A stretch of 64,000 bases of DNA, from positions 1-64,000 of the IMG/VR virus record IMGVR_UViG_3300030331_006142, one strand, 5' to 3'. Positions within the stretch are counted from its first letter, which is position 1, and each line of letters begins with the position of its first letter. Positions 10,927-21,090 of this stretch are shown here, one piece after another. Below the pieces are notes generated by a model, which saw only the letters and a program-made list of their open reading frames with translations, was not told where the DNA came from and did not search any database. The stretch comes from a virus. A program made the translations under genes and the position numbers.

Positions 10927-11144
10927 TAGTCTGAACCGGATGGGTAATTAGGCTTAGTTTTTTGTTCTGGATTATTTTTTATCTCTACAGGTGGAGGGTT
11001 CTTAACTTTTAAGAAAGTGTAGTCTTCATTCTCTTCCGTGATAAAGTCAAATGATTCCAAAACTGGAACAATATCACTCTGCTCTAGTAAGGACTTTTGA
11101 AGTGCCATCATAATCGCACCCATTGCTTGTTTCGATAGTTTCAT
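10926..11144 (-). CDS. Hypothetical protein
   Basis: 72 aa ORF with AGGAG RBS upstream. Confidence 0.7.
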   Translation of the reverse strand: MKLSKQAMGAIMMALQKSLLEQSDIVPVLESFDFITEENEDYTFLKVKNPPPVEIKNNPEQKTKPNYPSGSD

Positions 11145-11163
11145 TTTTTCTCCTTTTGTAGCA

Positions 11164-12024
11164 TCACACTCTAACTAAGATGCCTTTATTAATCTTTTCT
11201 ATCAAAGACGATGCCTCAAATACATCGTTCATACATTTTTTATTAAAATTAACATTATTTACAAAATATTTTAACTGTTTTGTGTAATCTATATTCGATG
11301 GTCTCACATTTTGTCTATATATAGTCCCATCTTGAAGTTCAAATTCAAAAAACCTAGTGTACTCTTCTTGGATATAATCTAGTGCGATATCAACTTCTAC
11401 TCCTGACTTGAAAAAAACTTTCCCTGAGACAAAGTCTTCTGTGTTTACTGTCACACCTGTTCTCTTTTCTTGTATCAGTCTCATGGAGTCTACTTCTCCG
11501 AACATGTTGTAGATATAGTCAAATTCGTGAATGCAGTCAAAAGTTATGCCGCCATGCATGCTTTTGTTGGCACTGTATGACTTGAGATGTTTGCCGTCAT
11601 TATGCCATTTTTTTAAGTCGTAACCAAACCTAACAAACCCCTTGCTTACGCTTTTTGACATGAGATTTGTAAACTTTTTTATATTTGGCTCAAATCTAAG
11701 ATTGCAGCCAACCATGTTTATGAGATTCTGCTCTTTTACTAATACTTTTAGTGACGTCAGTGTTGAATCTTCGTCTCTAACATAAAGAGGCTTTTCGCAA
11801 AAAAAAGGCACCCCAAAAGACGCTAAAATGTTACAATGCTTTAAGTGATAACAGTTAGGTGTACAAACTAGGCCGAAGTCAAACCTACCCTTTGAGATTA
11901 TATCTTCAACATTACCTATCTCGTCTACATCGACGGTCCTTACAAAGATACCCATGTCTCTTAAAATGCTTGTATGCCTTTTTCCTATCGAGCCATGCCC
12001 AATAACTATTGCTCTATTTTTCAC
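11164..12024 (-). CDS. Gfo/Idh/MocA-family NAD(P)-dependent oxidoreductase
   Basis: VIGHGSIGKRH, FCEKP, GCNLRF and DCIHEFD motifs; GTG start at 12024 preferred. Confidence 0.85.
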   Translation of the reverse strand: MKNRAIVIGHGSIGKRHTSILRDMGIFVRTVDVDEIGNVEDIISKGRFDFGLVCTPNCYHLKHCNILASFGVPFFCEKPLYVRDEDSTLTSLKVLVKEQNLINMVGCNLRFEPNIKKFTNLMSKSVSKGFVRFGYDLKKWHNDGKHLKSYSANKSMHGGITFDCIHEFDYIYNMFGEVDSMRLIQEKRTGVTVNTEDFVSGKVFFKSGVEVDIALDYIQEEYTRFFEFELQDGTIYRQNVRPSNIDYTKQLKYFVNNVNFNKKCMNDVFEASSLIEKINKGILVRV

Positions 12025-12703
12025 TAAACATCTTCTCGGCAATATCAAATTGCCATGGCCAGTCTATATCAAAGGCTTCTATTTCGTCCATAACAAACAA
12101 ATCCGGGTCTCCATGGCGTGTAAAGCTTCCCATATATATATCTTTACCTATATCTTCTAAAGTGCCGGCATAGAGTGAATGAGCAGCCTCATACAAAGGC
12201 TCGACCAGTTTTGTTTCCAATGTTGCTTTGAACTTGTCTGGTCCGTTAAATCTGCTTACCATTTTTCCCTCTTTATCAAAAAAGAAAGTCTTCTTTTCCA
12301 TAACAGCGAATTGACCTCGTGAATCAGACTTTAGAAAGTTGCTAACAAATGAAGTTATGGTACTGCTTTTCAGAAGAGGGTTACAGGCATTTATGATTAC
12401 AAAATACTTGTATTTTAATTTGTCATGCCACTCAAATGCTTTTTGAAGAGTCAGTGGCTCAACTACAGAATCCGGACTACGAATGAAGACATTCACCCCT
12501 CTTTCCTCTGCAATCTCTTTGAACTCTGGGTCCATTATTGAAACATAAAAATTTTCTTTTGGAATTATCTTTGTTGAAAGCACTTTATCAATTGCTATTG
12601 TGAAAAGATTTGAGTTCGCAAAAGGTCTCAACATCTTATTTGGAACTCTAGTTGATTGTTTTCTGGCCTGCACTATAAAGCAGACCTCATTTATATTTTT
12701 CAT
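12014..12703 (-). CDS. neuA: CMP-nonulosonic acid synthetase (NeuA/PseF-type cytidylyltransferase)
   Basis: QARKQSTRVPNKMLRPF, NACNPLL and FDIDWPWQFDIAE motifs. Confidence 0.85.
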   Translation of the reverse strand: MKNINEVCFIVQARKQSTRVPNKMLRPFANSNLFTIAIDKVLSTKIIPKENFYVSIMDPEFKEIAEERGVNVFIRSPDSVVEPLTLQKAFEWHDKLKYKYFVIINACNPLLKSSTITSFVSNFLKSDSRGQFAVMEKKTFFFDKEGKMVSRFNGPDKFKATLETKLVEPLYEAAHSLYAGTLEDIGKDIYMGSFTRHGDPDLFVMDEIEAFDIDWPWQFDIAEKMFSEK

Positions 12704-13284
12704 GATAACCTATAATAAACCACACCTGGTGATTTTTGTGAATAGCCCGCGGGCTTTATTATATTAAAAGATTTAGTCGGTATCCCAAACACCCCATCCG
12801 GCCTTTTGGACTCTGGTTCGTGCTCAAAAAAAGCAAAATTGCTACAAAAATTGTCTTGCATTTTTTTTAAAAACAAATTTTGTGTTTCTGGGGTAACATA
12901 CATCAGTGTTCCTGCTGTCATAACCAAAGAGTTCTTAAGTGAGTCATGGAACTTGTAGCTTTCTTCACACACTTTTTGAATCGAAGCTCTAGTATAGTCT
13001 ATATCGACAAAGTTATAGGCCCACTTAATTTCCTCCTCTGGATGAATATCGTAGCCCTTTAGTTTAAACTTTCTGTCAGATTTTTCAAATGGTATAAAAT
13101 TTCTGCCATTTCCGCAGCCAAAGTCATATACTGTATCAATATTTTTGGGAAGCTTTTTTAGTACTTCAGCTACCCAATCTGATGGCTTCATCAGCCACTG
13201 CTCTTCTTTGCAATCTGCATAGTAGCTCCAGTTTTTCCAAGAGTCTTGTATCACTCTTTCCTTGTCTGTAAAATCTATGAACAT
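12700..13284 (-). CDS. Class I SAM-dependent methyltransferase
   Basis: VYDFGCGNGRN and GYDI motifs. Confidence 0.8.
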   Translation of the reverse strand: MFIDFTDKERVIQDSWKNWSYYADCKEEQWLMKPSDWVAEVLKKLPKNIDTVYDFGCGNGRNFIPFEKSDRKFKLKGYDIHPEEEIKWAYNFVDIDYTRASIQKVCEESYKFHDSLKNSLVMTAGTLMYVTPETQNLFLKKMQDNFCSNFAFFEHEPESKRPDGVFGIPTKSFNIIKPAGYSQKSPGVVYYRLS

Positions 13285-14543
13285 TATGTATTTTTTCTAA
13301 AAATGCTAACTGGCATTTTGCCCTTTATCACTTTTTCTGGATTTTTTATGTTTTCTGCCACTTTCCTAAAGGCAACTTGTGAGGCTTTTATTGTTTCTTG
13401 TATGTCTTTCATCGTATGAGAAAATTGTATATATATTACATTTGGAAACAATATGTCTTGAGTTACCATTTCTTGGTAGAATAGTGCTTTTAGGGCTTCG
13501 GCATTTTCATATTCAGAAGAAAAAGTCAAATTGTGACGTGGTGCAGAGCCAGCAAAGTTTATTTTCAAGCCAAACTCTTGGGCTGCTTGATTTATTCCAT
13601 CTTCTAGGGTCTTGCCAAGTTTCCATATATGGCTATAGTCTTTGGTTTTAAGCTCCTTTATTGTGGCAATTGATGCAGCGAGAGATAAGCATTCCCCACC
13701 AAAAGTCATAGAAAAGAAAACATGATTAAGCTCATCCATAATCTCTCTTTTCCCAGCTATAGCACTCAGCGGTAAACCATTGGCCATTGCTTTGCCAAGG
13801 CAACATAAATCGGGAGTTACACCGTACTTTTCCTGGGCGCCTCCAAGAGACCATCTAAACCCTGTGACGACTTCGTCAAAAATTAAAACACTGCCATACT
13901 TGTCCGCTAAGGCTCGAACACCCTCAAGGAATCCAGGTTCTGGCGCTGTAAGTGCCTGAGCCTCCATGATGATTCCAGCAACCTCCTTTGATTTTAAAAT
14001 AGCTTCCAAGCTTTCGAGATTGTTGTACTCAAACTCGTGTACATAATCCTTTAACACACTTGGGATGCCATATGGCCGGAGGGTTATTCCATGCCAATCT
14101 CCCCATCCATGATAGCCACATTTAGCAATATGTTCTCTGTTTGTGTAAGAACGAGCAATTCGAACCGCTGCGAGGTCGACATCTGTTCCGTTCTTTGCAA
14201 ATCGCACCTGCTCCGCGCAGGGAACAACTTCACAAATCAATTCAGCCAACTCTTGCTCTAAAGTAGTCGGTAGGGAAAATATAATTCCTTCTTTCATCTG
14301 CTGAGTTACAGCTTTGTTCGTATTTTCGTGATTGTACCCTAAGATGATTGGGCCCAAGCCACACATATAGTCTAGGTATGTCTTTCCATCTAAGCAAGTG
14401 ATATGGGCGCCCTGTGCAGACTTAGCAAATTTAGGGTAAACGCCGTCGACAAATTGGTCTGGGCACTTACTCATTGTCTGTGTTCCTCTTGGCATTAAAT
14501 CTAGTGCTTTTTGCCATAAGTCATTTTCTAGTTTAGTATTCAT
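13284..14543 (-). CDS. Class III PLP aminotransferase (GSA-aminomutase-like, sugar-cluster type)
   Basis: YLDYMCGLGPIILG, FAKNGTD, GYHGW, LIFDEVVTGFR and LGKAMANG motifs. Confidence 0.9.
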   Translation of the reverse strand: MNTKLENDLWQKALDLMPRGTQTMSKCPDQFVDGVYPKFAKSAQGAHITCLDGKTYLDYMCGLGPIILGYNHENTNKAVTQQMKEGIIFSLPTTLEQELAELICEVVPCAEQVRFAKNGTDVDLAAVRIARSYTNREHIAKCGYHGWGDWHGITLRPYGIPSVLKDYVHEFEYNNLESLEAILKSKEVAGIIMEAQALTAPEPGFLEGVRALADKYGSVLIFDEVVTGFRWSLGGAQEKYGVTPDLCCLGKAMANGLPLSAIAGKREIMDELNHVFFSMTFGGECLSLAASIATIKELKTKDYSHIWKLGKTLEDGINQAAQEFGLKINFAGSAPRHNLTFSSEYENAEALKALFYQEMVTQDILFPNVIYIQFSHTMKDIQETIKASQVAFRKVAENIKNPEKVIKGKMPVSIFRKNT

Positions 14544-14548
14544 ATATT

Positions 14549-15400
14549 TTAACTCTCCAAGATATCGTTAATCCCAGATTCACCGGGGCCCACTAAAGAA
14601 TAAATCTTCATATTATGATATTTATACCATTCTTTTGCCCAAGTATTAACAATTTTGCAGACTGGATTTGAAAAAAAGTCTTGTTTTTTTACGTCAAATG
14701 CGTGAAGGCTGTTTTCGCTGTAAAACCTAGGGCCTCCGAAATCAAAACCAACAACACCAAGAGACTTACACCCCAAATAAGTCATCATAGGAAACACGAA
14801 AAAACTGACTTTGTTTTCCCTTCCCCAGACATCAACATAAGAATTATCCGTTGTATATTTAAATGAGCCTATTACTGGTTTATCAAGGATAAATCTCTCA
14901 ACCGGATTATTAAATATATTTTGGCAATCTTTTGTTAAAAGCGGCTGCTTAGTTATTAATTTTGATGTATAAACATCTATTACCTCAACATTTACACCTT
15001 TTACTTCTTTTATTTTTTCCAAGGAGCTGTAGTAATACCTTTCCATATCAATATTTCTCCAGACTGGAGAAGTTCCAGAATAATCTTTATATTTCTGTTC
15101 GCTTCTGAAGTGCGTATCTACAAAATTTGGTATAATAATTTTGAGACCTCTTTCGCAAAAGAGAGCCTTGTTGTCTAGAATGAAGGATAGGCCCTCTAGT
15201 GCCGCGTGGGGGTCAGACCAGGTCCAAACATCTGGAATGAAACCGTATTTTTCATACCCATAATAAAACGACGCTTGAAAAGAAATCGTAGTATTTGATT
15301 TAATAATTTTTTCTTTTTCAGGATTTTTAAAAAAAGTATCTACAGAATATCCTGTTCCTATAACAATCGATTTATTAAATGTCATTTCTGTTTTTGTCAT
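14549..15400 (-). CDS. Putative Maf/sialyltransferase-fold nonulosonate transferase
   Basis: SIVIGTGYSV near the N-terminus and YLGCKSLGVVGFDF near the C-terminus; cluster context. Confidence 0.45.
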   Translation of the reverse strand: MTKTEMTFNKSIVIGTGYSVDTFFKNPEKEKIIKSNTTISFQASFYYGYEKYGFIPDVWTWSDPHAALEGLSFILDNKALFCERGLKIIIPNFVDTHFRSEQKYKDYSGTSPVWRNIDMERYYYSSLEKIKEVKGVNVEVIDVYTSKLITKQPLLTKDCQNIFNNPVERFILDKPVIGSFKYTTDNSYVDVWGRENKVSFFVFPMMTYLGCKSLGVVGFDFGGPRFYSENSLHAFDVKKQDFFSNPVCKIVNTWAKEWYKYHNMKIYSLVGPGESGINDILES

Positions 15401-16184
15401 TTTGTGCTAATTCCTTCAAAAGTTTGTTTACTTCTGCGTCGCAAAACTTTATTTTTTTAAAAATATCCCTTGCTTCGATAGGACTCTCTCTAAAGGCAAG
15501 TCGGACGACATCCATCCAATGTGTGTTGTTTTGTTCTCTGATGCTTTGTATATCATTTATGATATCATTATCTTTCCTGGGGTTGTTTATAAAACTTACA
15601 ACTTTTTGTTCCCACTTTTCACAGTCTAGGGAGATTTCTTTAAATTTCTCTAGGCTTTCTTTTATTGTGTGGTGGGAGCCTGGTTCTTCAAGTAAATCTT
15701 GTGATTGTGCGCATATGTTTTGGTACTTTATATCTTGCCAATTTTCAATGAAAATATCCTCAATTTCCAAAGATAACCTCTCATAAGTTGTAGAAAATGT
15801 ATGCTCAGATAGGTTGTTAAAGTTCACTAGCTTTTGGACCAGTATAGCACCTGTGTCTATGCCCGAGTCGATAAAATGTATTGTTACCCCTTTCGGCGTA
15901 TTGTCTAAAAAACTCCATGCGTTAGGGTAGGCGCCTCGATTCCAGGGTAAGTAGGACATGTGCAAATTTATGATTCTTTCTTTAAACTTGTTGATAATTT
16001 CTTTTTTTATTATTTTTCTATACCCATATGAAACAATAAAATCTATCTTATTCATCATTAAGAATTTTTTTTCTATGTCTCCATTTGGGCCTAAGTAAAA
16101 TACATTTTCTGTTTCCGCAAGAAAGGATAAAGCTTTGTTGTCTGCCTTTCCCAAGTAAAGAACATTAATCTTGTTTTTTTGCAC
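15375..16184 (-). CDS. Sugar N-formyltransferase (Fmt-like)
   Basis: SYGYRKII, INLHMSYLPWNRGAYP and GVTIHFIDSGIDTG motifs. Confidence 0.85.
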   Translation of the reverse strand: MQKNKINVLYLGKADNKALSFLAETENVFYLGPNGDIEKKFLMMNKIDFIVSYGYRKIIKKEIINKFKERIINLHMSYLPWNRGAYPNAWSFLDNTPKGVTIHFIDSGIDTGAILVQKLVNFNNLSEHTFSTTYERLSLEIEDIFIENWQDIKYQNICAQSQDLLEEPGSHHTIKESLEKFKEISLDCEKWEQKVVSFINNPRKDNDIINDIQSIREQNNTHWMDVVRLAFRESPIEARDIFKKIKFCDAEVNKLLKELAQNDKNRNDI

Positions 16185-16242
16185 TTCTAATATTATCCTT
16201 TTTTTATTTTTCTTGTTTTTTCACACATCATCTGCCTAGAGG

Positions 16243-17229
16243 CTATATAAAATCATCTTGCTCATAATCTTTAGTAGCTGAATGGCCAATGAGACTGTAA
16301 TATTCCGATGAATGAATGTTCCCGGGGAGAAAAGGCCTCTTCGTGGTGATATTTTTTTCTGTAAACACTTCTCCTTCTCTAATCTCCTTTAAAGCCACTA
16401 CTGACCTCATGGCCTTCGAGAAGGGCTCTTCGCTCGACGTTAAGCACTTATTGGAGTCCGCACACATCTTCTCTGCAATCCTTATTTGTTGTATCATGTT
16501 TTTTAAGCTTTCTGGCTCTAAAGCGAATGGATGGTCAGGGCCCGGAAGTCTCCTTGAAATAGTATAGTGCTTCTCGATACAGGTTGCCCCTTTTGCTACA
16601 GCTAGTGCTGGTGCGAGAATACCTTCTGTATGGTCCGACAACCCAAAGTTGGTGCCTGGATATTGCTTTATAAGTGAATCGATTCTATTAAGGTTTATAT
16701 CGCCATCAGGCGTTGGATACGCGTTGTTGCAGTGTAGAATAGTGATTTCTGGGCTTGTCTGTTCCAATGAAATCCAGTTAATTATATTTTGAACTGATTC
16801 TAAATTACTGCCAATTCCTGCGGACGCAATAATTGGCAAGCCAGCTTTTGCTACCATCCTCACAAATCTTGGGTCGGTCGATTCAAAGCCAGCAATTTTC
16901 AGCCTTTTCACCCCTAAAGAGACCAATTCTTCCACTGCCTTTTCATCAAAGGGAGTTGACATAAACTCAATACCAATATCATCACAAAATAATTTTAAAT
17001 CTTTTTGCCACTCTCTTGGCAGCTCTATGTCTTTGATTAGCTTATTGATGTTTTTATATCCAGCAAAGTCTGGAGTGTTCTTAGAATAAAGAGTATCTGA
17101 AGAATATGTTTGAAACTTTACTGCATCTGCTCCTGATTCTTTGGCTATTCTAATCAGCTCAAAAGCCTGTTCTTTATTTTTGTTATGGTTGGCGCCAGCC
17201 TCAGCAATAATAAAAGTTTTGTTATTCAT
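16243..17229 (-). CDS. neuB: N-acetylneuraminate/pseudaminic acid synthase (NeuB/PseI) with SAF domain
   Basis: IIAEAGANHN, ADAVKFQTY, FMSTPFD, GLSDHT and IEKHYT motifs. Confidence 0.92.
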   Translation of the reverse strand: MNNKTFIIAEAGANHNKNKEQAFELIRIAKESGADAVKFQTYSSDTLYSKNTPDFAGYKNINKLIKDIELPREWQKDLKLFCDDIGIEFMSTPFDEKAVEELVSLGVKRLKIAGFESTDPRFVRMVAKAGLPIIASAGIGSNLESVQNIINWISLEQTSPEITILHCNNAYPTPDGDINLNRIDSLIKQYPGTNFGLSDHTEGILAPALAVAKGATCIEKHYTISRRLPGPDHPFALEPESLKNMIQQIRIAEKMCADSNKCLTSSEEPFSKAMRSVVALKEIREGEVFTEKNITTKRPFLPGNIHSSEYYSLIGHSATKDYEQDDFI

Positions 17230-17235
17230 GGATAA

Positions 17236-17264
17236 AGTATATCACTTAATTGTTGCAAAATCAA
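17236..17264 (-). promoter_or_regulatory. sigma70-type promoter, probably giving a leaderless neuB transcript
   Basis: TTGATT-N17-TATACT, then 6 nt to the ATG. Confidence 0.6.
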
Positions 17265-17265
17265 G

Positions 17266-18096
17266 CTAATTTAAATACTTTTTTTGCCTTTTTGATAAAC
17301 TTTTGTAGTGCTTTCCCTGTCTATTGACTGAATTTACATCCTCATCATACTCAAAAGTTGGCAACACGCCATTGACAATATGAGGTGCGGTAGACTTAAT
17401 ATAACAGCAATGAGTAGAAATTCTGTAACCTTGGGAAACTTTGCCACCGCGGTGGAAGCCATTTGCATCAAAGAAGCAAATGGTGCCTTCTGGGCCTTCG
17501 AAGTTCACGACATCTGAGTATGGTATTTTCATGGTTGCCTCAAGGTCTAAGTAGCCGTGTGGCGCTTGTCCAACATTTGGCCAAATGGAGTCATTTTTTT
17601 TACCGGATGAACTATTCTTAACATACCACAAGGCGCCATTTGATGTTCTAACATCGTTATAATAGACAAATATTTTTAATATTTTCGTATCTTCTGTGTC
17701 TCTGTGCCAATTTTGAGAATTTGAAGGTGGCATCGGGTTTTCTGGATGATAAAAAGCTAAGCAATTTCTGATTCTCGCTTCATTAGTTTCTAGATAAGAC
17801 TCTGCGACTTCTAGAAATTTGTTATCTAAATAAAACTGTATTAAAGATGAATTTTCAAGACTAAGACCTTCTCCGAGCAATTGCTTGTTTTGAAATTCAA
17901 AGTATTTTGTTCTATTGACTAGCGGCCTTCCTTCTTTTAAAAGTTCTGCCTGGTGGACTATCTCAGGTCTGGTTGTCCATGACCTAAAATCATTTGCCGT
18001 TTTCTCATAATTAACATTTCGGCCCAAAAATTCTTTTACATTTGTAATTGAAAAGCCGGTGTTTTTTAAATCTTCAACTATCTTGGAAGTATCCAC
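17266..18096 (-). CDS. PhyH-like 2OG-Fe(II) dioxygenase
   Basis: QNWHRD, NGALWYV and FDANGFHRGG motifs. Confidence 0.8.
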   Translation of the reverse strand: MDTSKIVEDLKNTGFSITNVKEFLGRNVNYEKTANDFRSWTTRPEIVHQAELLKEGRPLVNRTKYFEFQNKQLLGEGLSLENSSLIQFYLDNKFLEVAESYLETNEARIRNCLAFYHPENPMPPSNSQNWHRDTEDTKILKIFVYYNDVRTSNGALWYVKNSSSGKKNDSIWPNVGQAPHGYLDLEATMKIPYSDVVNFEGPEGTICFFDANGFHRGGKVSQGYRISTHCCYIKSTAPHIVNGVLPTFEYDEDVNSVNRQGKHYKSLSKRQKKYLN

Positions 18097-18097
18097 T

Positions 18098-19063
18098 TTA
18101 CACCTCTTTTGAGCCCCTCCTAATTAAAGAGAGGATACTTTCAACATTTTCATCGATGTGAAGGGCCGAGTTAAAATGTGGGCCATTGTATTGTTCTTGG
18201 TGTTTGTTGTGCTCTCTTTTAGAGTATTGTGGCCTTATACTTAAAAGGCTCTCTTCATTGACGCTATATGTGAATGGGAGCTCCGTCTCTGCTAACATAT
18301 CCTCATGAAGCTTTTCACCTGGGCGTAAGCCTACTATATTGTATTCAAATTGAGAACCATGAAGGCGCTCTATTGCTTTAAGTATTGTCTTCATGTTATA
18401 TGATTTTATCTGCGGCACAAACACTTCTCCGCCTTCAGAGTTCTCCACCGCAGCCAAAACAGAGTCTACTGCATCCTCTAGGGTAAATAAAAATCTCGTC
18501 ATTTCCAGTGAAGTAACATTAATGCTTTTGTTTTCCGATAAAAGGCCCATCCAAAGAGGTATGAATGAACCCCTCGATGCGACCACATTTCCATATCGAA
18601 CAGAAGAAAAAATAGTTGAAGGAGAATCATAGTCGTAGTTCGTAAAAAGACGCTCCGCTATAAACTTAGAAGACCCATAAACATTAACTGGTTTGCAAGC
18701 CTTATCAGTTGAAATAAGTGTGCACTTTTTAACATCTGTCATAAGTGCCGCTCTGGCTACGTTCTCAGAACCATGTATATTTGTTTTTATACACTCATCT
18801 GGATAATATTCCATATCATCCACTCTTTTTAGAGCTGCTGTGTGTATTACAAAATCCGGCCTTTCTTTCTTCATGGAAACCAGAAGTTTATCAAAATCTC
18901 TAATGTCACCAATTATTTTTTTTACGGTGTTGTCTGTGCCATATATTAAAGCCTGCTTTCCTTCGTCTCTAGAATATACTACAGTTTCATGACCCTGTTT
19001 TTGTAATCTCTTTACCAGGGCCTTACCCAGAGAGCCAGTCCCTCCTGTTATAAAATATTTCAT
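18098..19063 (-). CDS. pseB: UDP-GlcNAc 4,6-dehydratase (PseB/FlaA1-type)
   Basis: ITGGTGSLG, SRDEGKQ, HTAALK, ISTDKA, YGSSK, RYGNVVASRGS and RPGEKLHE motifs. Confidence 0.88.
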   Translation of the reverse strand: MKYFITGGTGSLGKALVKRLQKQGHETVVYSRDEGKQALIYGTDNTVKKIIGDIRDFDKLLVSMKKERPDFVIHTAALKRVDDMEYYPDECIKTNIHGSENVARAALMTDVKKCTLISTDKACKPVNVYGSSKFIAERLFTNYDYDSPSTIFSSVRYGNVVASRGSFIPLWMGLLSENKSINVTSLEMTRFLFTLEDAVDSVLAAVENSEGGEVFVPQIKSYNMKTILKAIERLHGSQFEYNIVGLRPGEKLHEDMLAETELPFTYSVNEESLLSIRPQYSKREHNKHQEQYNGPHFNSALHIDENVESILSLIRRGSKEV

Positions 19064-21090
19064 ATCTCCACTCTTTCAATTTCACTTGGCGATTCGTTTA
19101 AACGAGAAACAATTTTAATATCTGTTCCCTTTTCTTTAATCCACCTATAAAAGCTTAACATCGAATCATTGCACATGTCAACTTCTTTTTTGAGAGTTTT
19201 TACAGATTCGTGGTTTTTTGCCACCTCATTATGGTCAATAAAATCCTCGTTTTTGAATTCGGAATCTTTTTTGTTATAAAAGTGCTGCTGATTTGCTTCT
19301 CCATCTATTAGTTTGTTATCCCAACCGATTGTTGTAACCTCGGAGAAACCTAAGTGTTGCATAGTGTAGAAGACTACTTCATACTCTATTCCAGGCCCAT
19401 ACGGCCTTAGTAGTTGCTGCTTGTCAAGTGTCCACTCATCAAAATTAAGCTTTGCAGCTATAGAGTTTCGAAAGTCTCTTTCTTGTATAAAAAATTTCAA
19501 GTCACACGGACCAAGGCGATAAGGCACCGATGAAGCTTCAAATATAATTGGATTATGTTCTGAGTAATCATACTCTTTGAAGTTTGCACAATTATAAAAA
19601 TGAATATCCGTGTCTTCCTTATACAGCTCAAAAGACTGCTTTATCGCAAGACAAACACTGTCTTTCAATAGGTTTTTTATTTTTTTAGGGTCGTGTTCTG
19701 TAAGTGTTGGCCCACAAGACAACAAATAAGCCTTTTCCCCCTTAAAAAGGTCTTTCAAAAATTCTAACTTACCAGATTGAGACAGGTCACCAGACACTAC
19801 GCTTTTTGCAAACTTAGCTCTCTCTTTTGCTGACTCTATGCTTAAAGCCTGAGCTCTCAGCTCCTGTACCGTTCTTTCTCCTACTTTTTCTTTTTTCCCA
19901 AATATGCTTTCAATATATTTTTCTTTTATACTTTCTAATTTGTGAGACTCTAAAATCTCTCTCTTCAGTGTGTCAGCCCAAGACTTATATTTTTTATAAT
20001 TGCTGTATACATTTTCAAGCTGCTTTTTGTAGCTGTCCTCCTTCACGTAGGCCCACTGGCTTTCTGCAGGAATTATGTTTTCCCATGCTGCGTTCGCTTG
20101 AATCTGCTTTAGTTCATATCCAACTTTTGCAAAAAGTTGCTTCTCTTTTCCTTTCTTGTCTTTTATACTTAAAAAATCCAAGTGTCCTGACCACTCAGTT
20201 GCGATAACCGGTAAACCAGAATATGCCGCTTCAAATATTGGCAAACCATAACCTTCACCATGAGTCGTAGACACATAAGCCTTGATTTTTGGGTGTGTGT
20301 ACAGAGAGTGAATTTCACTCTCAGTTAAGTTTCCATGAAGTAAATAAATTTTACATTTTCTGTCTACTTCTGGAATCATTGTTTTGAGTGTGTTCAAGGT
20401 GTCGTTTCTATCAATAATCGTCCCTTTTGCTTTTCCTGTCTTTACAACAAGTCCAACGTTGGGGTTGTCTTTATACTGTGAAACAAAGCCCCTTATTGTT
20501 GTCTCTAGATTTTTTCTTGGGCCCATAAGGGCAATAGTCAAAAAATTAAAATCAGTATCAAAATCAATATTTAATCCGGCGCCGGCGACGTGCTTTACAG
20601 GATAGGGAATAACATCTATTGGTGAGTTGCAATTAAGAATAGATTTTGTTTGATTTTCCTTGTTGAATATTTCATATCCCGTATGCGCATAGGTATCTTT
20701 AGAGTGGCTTGAGGGAACAATAATTTTATCAATACCCTGATGGGTTTTTGCCAGCCAGACTGCATCGACCCTGTCAGTTTCTATTCCCGCAGTCACACAC
20801 ACCGAGTAGGGCGCCTTCTTTTCAAACTCATTTGGTATGCCGACATGTATTTGCACATCAAATTCTGGATTGGATTGCTCAGACTGGCAATGACTCATGT
20901 AACTTTGCAAATTTTGTATTGCCCTCGAGACATCTTCTTTTGGTTTAAGTTGGGAAGTGGCCCCCCATGGAAGTGGGTTTATCATAATATCTAAATTTTC
21001 AATGTCTTTAATTGATTGAAAAACTAAACGAGAATGTTCTCCATATCCGGATTGAGTCAAAATTGGTGCCTCTAAAAGTATTCTCTTCAT
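19060..21090 (-). CDS. GT4 glycosyltransferase fused to a C-terminal Maf/sialyltransferase-like domain
   Basis: SGYGEHSR, RKNLE and HGEGYGLPIFEAA motifs; the C-terminus has KDLFKGEKAYLLSCGPTL and HLGFSEVTTIGWD. Confidence 0.8.
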   Translation of the reverse strand: MKRILLEAPILTQSGYGEHSRLVFQSIKDIENLDIMINPLPWGATSQLKPKEDVSRAIQNLQSYMSHCQSEQSNPEFDVQIHVGIPNEFEKKAPYSVCVTAGIETDRVDAVWLAKTHQGIDKIIVPSSHSKDTYAHTGYEIFNKENQTKSILNCNSPIDVIPYPVKHVAGAGLNIDFDTDFNFLTIALMGPRKNLETTIRGFVSQYKDNPNVGLVVKTGKAKGTIIDRNDTLNTLKTMIPEVDRKCKIYLLHGNLTESEIHSLYTHPKIKAYVSTTHGEGYGLPIFEAAYSGLPVIATEWSGHLDFLSIKDKKGKEKQLFAKVGYELKQIQANAAWENIIPAESQWAYVKEDSYKKQLENVYSNYKKYKSWADTLKREILESHKLESIKEKYIESIFGKKEKVGERTVQELRAQALSIESAKERAKFAKSVVSGDLSQSGKLEFLKDLFKGEKAYLLSCGPTLTEHDPKKIKNLLKDSVCLAIKQSFELYKEDTDIHFYNCANFKEYDYSEHNPIIFEASSVPYRLGPCDLKFFIQERDFRNSIAAKLNFDEWTLDKQQLLRPYGPGIEYEVVFYTMQHLGFSEVTTIGWDNKLIDGEANQQHFYNKKDSEFKNEDFIDHNEVAKNHESVKTLKKEVDMCNDSMLSFYRWIKEKGTDIKIVSRLNESPSEIERVEI

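Noticed and set aside
13284-14543. hemL (heme biosynthesis)
   Set aside because: It sits inside a nonulosonate cluster with no other hem genes, so a sugar aminotransferase role is more plausible
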